Assembly: GCA_016840165.1 (NCBI GenBank) | Contig: JAEOSU010000025.1 | Coordinates: 1-64,000 of the forward strand | Direction of reading: 5' to 3' | Length of the DNA stretch: 64,000 nucleotides | DNA from: Promethearchaeota archaeon | GTDB lineage: Archaea > Asgardarchaeota > Lokiarchaeia > Sigyniarchaeales > SOKP01 | Shown here: positions 59,464 to 64,000 of the stretch, one piece after another | Layout of the letters: each line of letters starts with the position of its first letter | Numbering within the stretch: position 1 is the stretch's first letter | Notes under the pieces: model-generated | Told to the model about the DNA's origin: nothing | Databases searched by the model: none | Seen by the model: only the letters and a program-made list of their open reading frames with translations | Made by a program: the position numbers and the translations under genes

Positions 59464-60234
59464 ATAGGAATTGGTCGAGTAATATGTTCAGGCTGTCTGG
59501 GAATGCTTTGTTTGATACCAATGGCTTGGATTTCTTTCTCTTTCCTTAGTTTATCTTCTGGTGTTACAGGAGGATTGATTGAGGATTTAGAAATAGCATT
59601 AGCGGATTTAGGATCTTTTATTCCCGGAATAGGGACGTTTCTTGCTATTATTGGGGGTGCGTTCATTGGATTAATACTTATTTTCATTTTCCCGATTCAT
59701 TGGTGCTTATTTTATAGACCTGATGACGTGCTCTTAATCGTTGCTGTTATAGTACCTTGGATTTTATGTTGCAGCATTACAAGTGCATTATTTGCTCACT
59801 CTCCTCGGGGAGGTATTCATACTAGCTTGGCAATAGGAATAGGATATATGATCCCTGCCTTATTAATCTATTTTATAATCCCTGCATTTTTAAATAGTAT
59901 CATTCCTGGAGGCGGTGCTCTCGCAACCGGCATATTAGATGGATTAGCTGAAGGTCTGACAGACCTCCCTTATGCTTTAGCCGTATTCACCGCAATTTTA
60001 GAGGGGTGTTTGGTGGGTGCTGTTTTTGGCGGCTTTATTGGAAGCCTAAAGTATAAACCCGAGGGCGGAGTTACTAAAGTGAAAAAGAAAAAGGTGAAAA
60101 CTACCTCTATAGATGATGGAGAGCCTAAATTAGACACTGATGTTGATACGGATTTTTGTACAAATTGTGGAGCAAAATTACCTCCTGGAGATGATTTCTG
60201 TACAAATTGCGGACAAAAAATAAGTAAATTATAG
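59464..60234 (+). CDS. Membrane protein with C-terminal zinc ribbon; probable ATA start
   Basis: Multiple TM helices, FCTNCG...FCTNCG; AGGTGA SD 6 nt before the in-frame ATA at 59464. Confidence 0.75.
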   Translation: MGIGRVICSGCLGMLCLIPMAWISFSFLSLSSGVTGGLIEDLEIALADLGSFIPGIGTFLAIIGGAFIGLILIFIFPIHWCLFYRPDDVLLIVAVIVPWILCCSITSALFAHSPRGGIHTSLAIGIGYMIPALLIYFIIPAFLNSIIPGGGALATGILDGLAEGLTDLPYALAVFTAILEGCLVGAVFGGFIGSLKYKPEGGVTKVKKKKVKTTSIDDGEPKLDTDVDTDFCTNCGAKLPPGDDFCTNCGQKISKL

Positions 60235-60358
60235 TAGTTATTCTTTCATTTTTTTTAAGTATTTTTATATTTTTTTTATAATCTCCTAAAAAAGAGATTT
60301 TAAAATAGTTTAACACTATATAGATCATAATTAGAAATAAGTAAGAGAATCAAGAAAA

Positions 60359-61366
60359 ATGGCACGGGAAGTCAAAGGAATCATAATTACCCGCTTAATA
60401 GTATTAATCGCAATCATCTTAGTACCTTTAAGTATTTTTTTGATATATTCGTTAGTTGATTTTAGATTATGGTACTCCAACGATCCAATTCTTAATTTTT
60501 GGATTATCAAAATAATATCACCTATTGTTTATGGAGCTTCTTGGCTTTTTTTTCTCATTTTATTCGCAAATCGATTTTCAAATACTATGGAGTCCTTTGA
60601 TGATAAGATTAGTGTAGTACCTTCGCGATTAAAATTCTTTTATGGGATCAATGCCCTCTATATTCTTTTTATATTTATTTTTCCAATTATCACCCCATTT
60701 ATCTCAGTTTTAAGTTTTGCGTCTTTTGCATGGAGATTAACTACATTTAAAAAAGAGAGTTGGGAAGATGATTCAAAGGTGTCTTTATTCACTAAAATTT
60801 TTATTGTCATTGCCGCGTTAGTACCAATTTTTTGTACAATAAGTATACTCCCCGAATTTTTCGATTTACCCATCTTTTTATGGGCGGAGGTGTGGTTTCC
60901 GAATGTGGATTTACTTTTTACAATATCATATTCGCTCTTTACCGCATTATCAATTGGTTCACTCATTATTTTGTTTTCGAATGATTATATAAGTGAATAT
61001 GAACAACTCTTTACTGACCCTTCGCAAAAAAAGAAGTTTTGGAATGTAAAAATCCTTGAAGTCTTTCTCTTTGGATTTTTTATGTTTTTAGATCTATATG
61101 ATTATGATATTATACAATTATTTTATTGGGCGGGGTTTGGGATTATTATTTTTACTTCTATAGTTAATTATATTCGGGGAAAATCGAAGTATGGGAGTTT
61201 TAAAAGTCATTTTTTCGGATATTTCATTGCCGCCGTTTTTATTGGTTCCAATGTAGTTTTTTCAAGTGAGGAAATTTCCGTGTTCCTTAGAGTATGGAGC
61301 CTTGTAATATCTGCAGTATTGTATATCATCGTATTATTTTATACTTTCGCCACTATAGAAGAATAA
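60359..61366 (+). CDS. Hypothetical multi-pass membrane protein
   Basis: 335-aa ORF with ~9 hydrophobic segments. Confidence 0.7.
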   Translation: MAREVKGIIITRLIVLIAIILVPLSIFLIYSLVDFRLWYSNDPILNFWIIKIISPIVYGASWLFFLILFANRFSNTMESFDDKISVVPSRLKFFYGINALYILFIFIFPIITPFISVLSFASFAWRLTTFKKESWEDDSKVSLFTKIFIVIAALVPIFCTISILPEFFDLPIFLWAEVWFPNVDLLFTISYSLFTALSIGSLIILFSNDYISEYEQLFTDPSQKKKFWNVKILEVFLFGFFMFLDLYDYDIIQLFYWAGFGIIIFTSIVNYIRGKSKYGSFKSHFFGYFIAAVFIGSNVVFSSEEISVFLRVWSLVISAVLYIIVLFYTFATIEE

Positions 61367-61621
61367 TTAAGAAAATATCATTATTAAGATAAATAGCTTA
61401 TAGTAAAAAGATTTTTTAGCGTTAATATATAGTACTTTTTTATATTATCTCCATTATTCGAGCTCATTTTGTGATATGACAGAACTAATAAGAGATTTTG
61501 AACAATTGGCTCTTAATTAAAGATTTTCTAGTGAATTAGAATATAAATCATTAAAAACCTTGATTTTATCTATTAGTGTAAGATCAAAATTTATTTAAAA
61601 AGTTTTGACGTGATTTTCATT

Positions 61622-63679
61622 ATGAAAAATATAAATACAAAAGCCTTAATGGTTGCTGTACTGTTAGCTGCTTCTTTTCTCGCGACACCAATGATGGTTT
61701 CTGGATATGATTATGAAAATGACAATTTTTACGAACAATCAATTATAGATCCTTCCATGCTTATTACTTCTTTTCAAGGATTTGGGAGTATATTTAATAG
61801 TTTTGGATACGGGGGTAGATTAATTGGAAGAGTTTTTGAAATGCTATTAATGCAGGGTTTAACTAATTTTGAACAGAAGGAATTATTACCGGGAGTCTGG
61901 GTGTTAAGTGCATCAGTAGAAGAAACAGAAAATTTTACTCGTACTTATTATGGAGAACATGAAATTTATACTATTCCTTATGAATATGATCAATCTGCAA
62001 TCGAGCCACACAACAATGGTTTTCTTTATTGTGACGTTGTTAAGACTGGTTCTGTTAAGGTCAATATTACTATCGGTGCTGCGGTAACCTTAGTTATTTG
62101 GGATAGTGATGGATCATTCATAAGAGCGGTTGAACAACTTGTCTCATTCTTTAACCGTTTACGAATTTATATGGAAAGCAGTGGTCCAGGTGAGATTCCT
62201 GCAGACTTGATAAGAGAGGGAGTACAAACAATTGTCTGGTTTATAATTCATATAAATGATATTTTTACAGGGGACGAATTATTCACCCTTAATCCAATTA
62301 CATGGCAGAACGTAGAACTTACTCCGATTTCTTTTGCTATAACTAAAACTTGGCGTGTAAGTGGTAATGATTGGCAAATTGATCCTGATGATGATGATGA
62401 CTTAGTCACAGCAGTAGGTGGTGCAGTTAGCGATAACTTCCTTATGAATCTGAATGATACTGCAAAAGCAGTAGATGATAGCTATATGCAATGGTTGTTA
62501 ACTCCAACTAATATCATAGCGGACGTTACTACTGTCTGGACTTCTTTTACTTTTGATTTGATTCAATTATGGATGAAAAATTTTGAAATTCATATTAATA
62601 TTGCAGAAATACTTAGTTTATTCAGTGGAGGCATGGGAGGAGGACCATTGGATGTCGCTGGGATTTTTCAAGGTGTAGATATCGACTTTTACTTGTTCAC
62701 CCATCATCTTGCTGGTGCGTTTTTATACAATGATACGAATGGAGATGGTAAGATTTCATCTGCTTATCGGACACTTAATATTACAACAACTGATGGAAGA
62801 CCAGTAGAAGTTCCAGATCGTTCAGAGATTACACATCGAATCGTACTCAATTCCGTTGGTGATTTTGAATGGCAAGCGCCTCACATTACGGGAGCAAATA
62901 AATTTTCATGGGGATTGGATTTAAACTCAGCTATTATCACGCCCGTTCCAATAGGTGTTGATCTTGAGTCATATGTAGGTGCTAAAGCTTATGCTTTAGA
63001 CTACATCAAATTCGGATTTACTTTTGAACCCGATACAAGTAGTCTCCCCGTCTTGAAGGCTCCAACCAAGCTAGATCAATTCTTTGCACCTTTGAACGCT
63101 TCTTTACCTTCAGCAGATTTCGATTTAGGAATTATTTATCTCTCAACTGTACTTCATTTCCGTCTTAATGTTGATGTAATAGGAGAAGATCCAGCCGATC
63201 CTACAACATTACTCGATCCTTCTCAGGATTATAATAATTCTACTCATCGATTGGCAATAGGTAACTACATTGGAGGCACTATCGCACCTAAGCTTGAATT
63301 TGTTGATATTGCTGGGCCAGATTATTCCTGGGGTTCGTTTGAAGGAGAAAATTATGATCCTGCAAGCAGTAGTATTATCCCATTAGCCTTATATGAAACA
63401 GAAATTGAACGACATGATACATTCGAAGATGAAAGTGGAGTAGAATTTCAAACATTTGCTACTGACATTTCATTGAACATAAGTTTTAATGTTTTTGCAT
63501 ATGCTGTATGCTTTCCAGAATTTAATGGCGGGAACGGAATATGGCATGATCCTACATTCAACGTGTACATGGTGTTTGAAGCACAAGGTTTCTGGGCAAT
63601 TATTTTACTAGTTGCTGGAGTCGGATTAGTTGGTGTAGCAACCATTTTAATCAAAAGGCGAAAGGACGGAAGATTGTAG
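61622..63679 (+). CDS. Large acidic secreted protein with C-terminal TM anchor (surface/S-layer-like)
   Basis: Signal peptide, several NxS/T sequons, D.NGDG motif, WHDP, terminal TM helix followed by KRRK. Confidence 0.75.
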   Translation: MKNINTKALMVAVLLAASFLATPMMVSGYDYENDNFYEQSIIDPSMLITSFQGFGSIFNSFGYGGRLIGRVFEMLLMQGLTNFEQKELLPGVWVLSASVEETENFTRTYYGEHEIYTIPYEYDQSAIEPHNNGFLYCDVVKTGSVKVNITIGAAVTLVIWDSDGSFIRAVEQLVSFFNRLRIYMESSGPGEIPADLIREGVQTIVWFIIHINDIFTGDELFTLNPITWQNVELTPISFAITKTWRVSGNDWQIDPDDDDDLVTAVGGAVSDNFLMNLNDTAKAVDDSYMQWLLTPTNIIADVTTVWTSFTFDLIQLWMKNFEIHINIAEILSLFSGGMGGGPLDVAGIFQGVDIDFYLFTHHLAGAFLYNDTNGDGKISSAYRTLNITTTDGRPVEVPDRSEITHRIVLNSVGDFEWQAPHITGANKFSWGLDLNSAIITPVPIGVDLESYVGAKAYALDYIKFGFTFEPDTSSLPVLKAPTKLDQFFAPLNASLPSADFDLGIIYLSTVLHFRLNVDVIGEDPADPTTLLDPSQDYNNSTHRLAIGNYIGGTIAPKLEFVDIAGPDYSWGSFEGENYDPASSSIIPLALYETEIERHDTFEDESGVEFQTFATDISLNISFNVFAYAVCFPEFNGGNGIWHDPTFNVYMVFEAQGFWAIILLVAGVGLVGVATILIKRRKDGRL

Positions 63680-63691
63680 ATATTTTTAAAT

Positions 63692-63723
63692 CTTTTTATT
63701 TTTTTCTTTTTTATTTTTTATTT
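63692..63723 (+). terminator. T-rich terminator
   Basis: Consecutive T5-T7 runs after the stop codon. Confidence 0.5.
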
Positions 63724-64000
63724 AAATCCCATAAAATCACAAAATAAGGAATTTTAGCATAATTATAAAGAATTCTTAATCTTATCTCTAACAATTTTAG
63801 ATTGGCATAAATTAAATTATCTTAAAGGCCATAAACTATTTAATTTGGTACATATCCTATAATTTGGAGGATCTAAAAGAGGGATTAAGCGTTATATTAA
63901 TAAGTAACCAATGTTCTATTTAACTAGAATATAAATTATTAAAAAGGTACATTTTTTTTAATAATCTAATACAAGAATTTCAAATTTCAAAAGAAAAAAG

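Noticed and set aside
1634-63654. Numerous 60-135 aa ORFs nested in or antisense to long genes (e.g. 1634, 19361, 40419, 43727, 48109, 60658)
   Set aside because: Shadow ORFs of well-supported genes, with no motifs

Overview
AT-rich, gene-dense archaeal chromosome segment, almost certainly Asgard archaea (Lokiarchaeia-like). The assignment rests on a Loki-type profilin, a Rab/Ras-like small GTPase, longin-like domains, L38e and L40e, archaeal ThrRS/AspRS, RibK/RibL and a thermosome. Layout: (1-11.6 kb) metabolic/catabolic genes; (11.8-45 kb) mostly housekeeping genes mixed with eukaryotic-signature candidates (gelsolin-like membrane protein, Bro1-like protein, JAMM protease, translin); (45-53 kb) an accessory stretch with a DUF4062-STAND-TPR protein, an LRR remnant, an RCK channel-like protein and hydrolases; (53.6-64 kb) longin membrane protein, HDAC, profilin, ABC module and a large surface protein. 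The most notable unannotated signal is a ~490-nt non-coding interval (35984-36474, minus strand). It has an 11-bp helix joining its two ends, many internal stems whose G-U pairs favour the minus strand, a correctly spaced TATA box and an oligo-T terminator. This looks like a large structured ncRNA that I cannot assign to RNase P, SRP, tRNA or rRNA by eye. A second ~125-nt structured element lies at 50029-50155. Also seen: three genes that appear to need ATT/ATA start codons, and two small genes missing from the ORF track. No CRISPR array, tRNA, rRNA or transposase was recognised. All calls are by-eye motif recognition without database searches.
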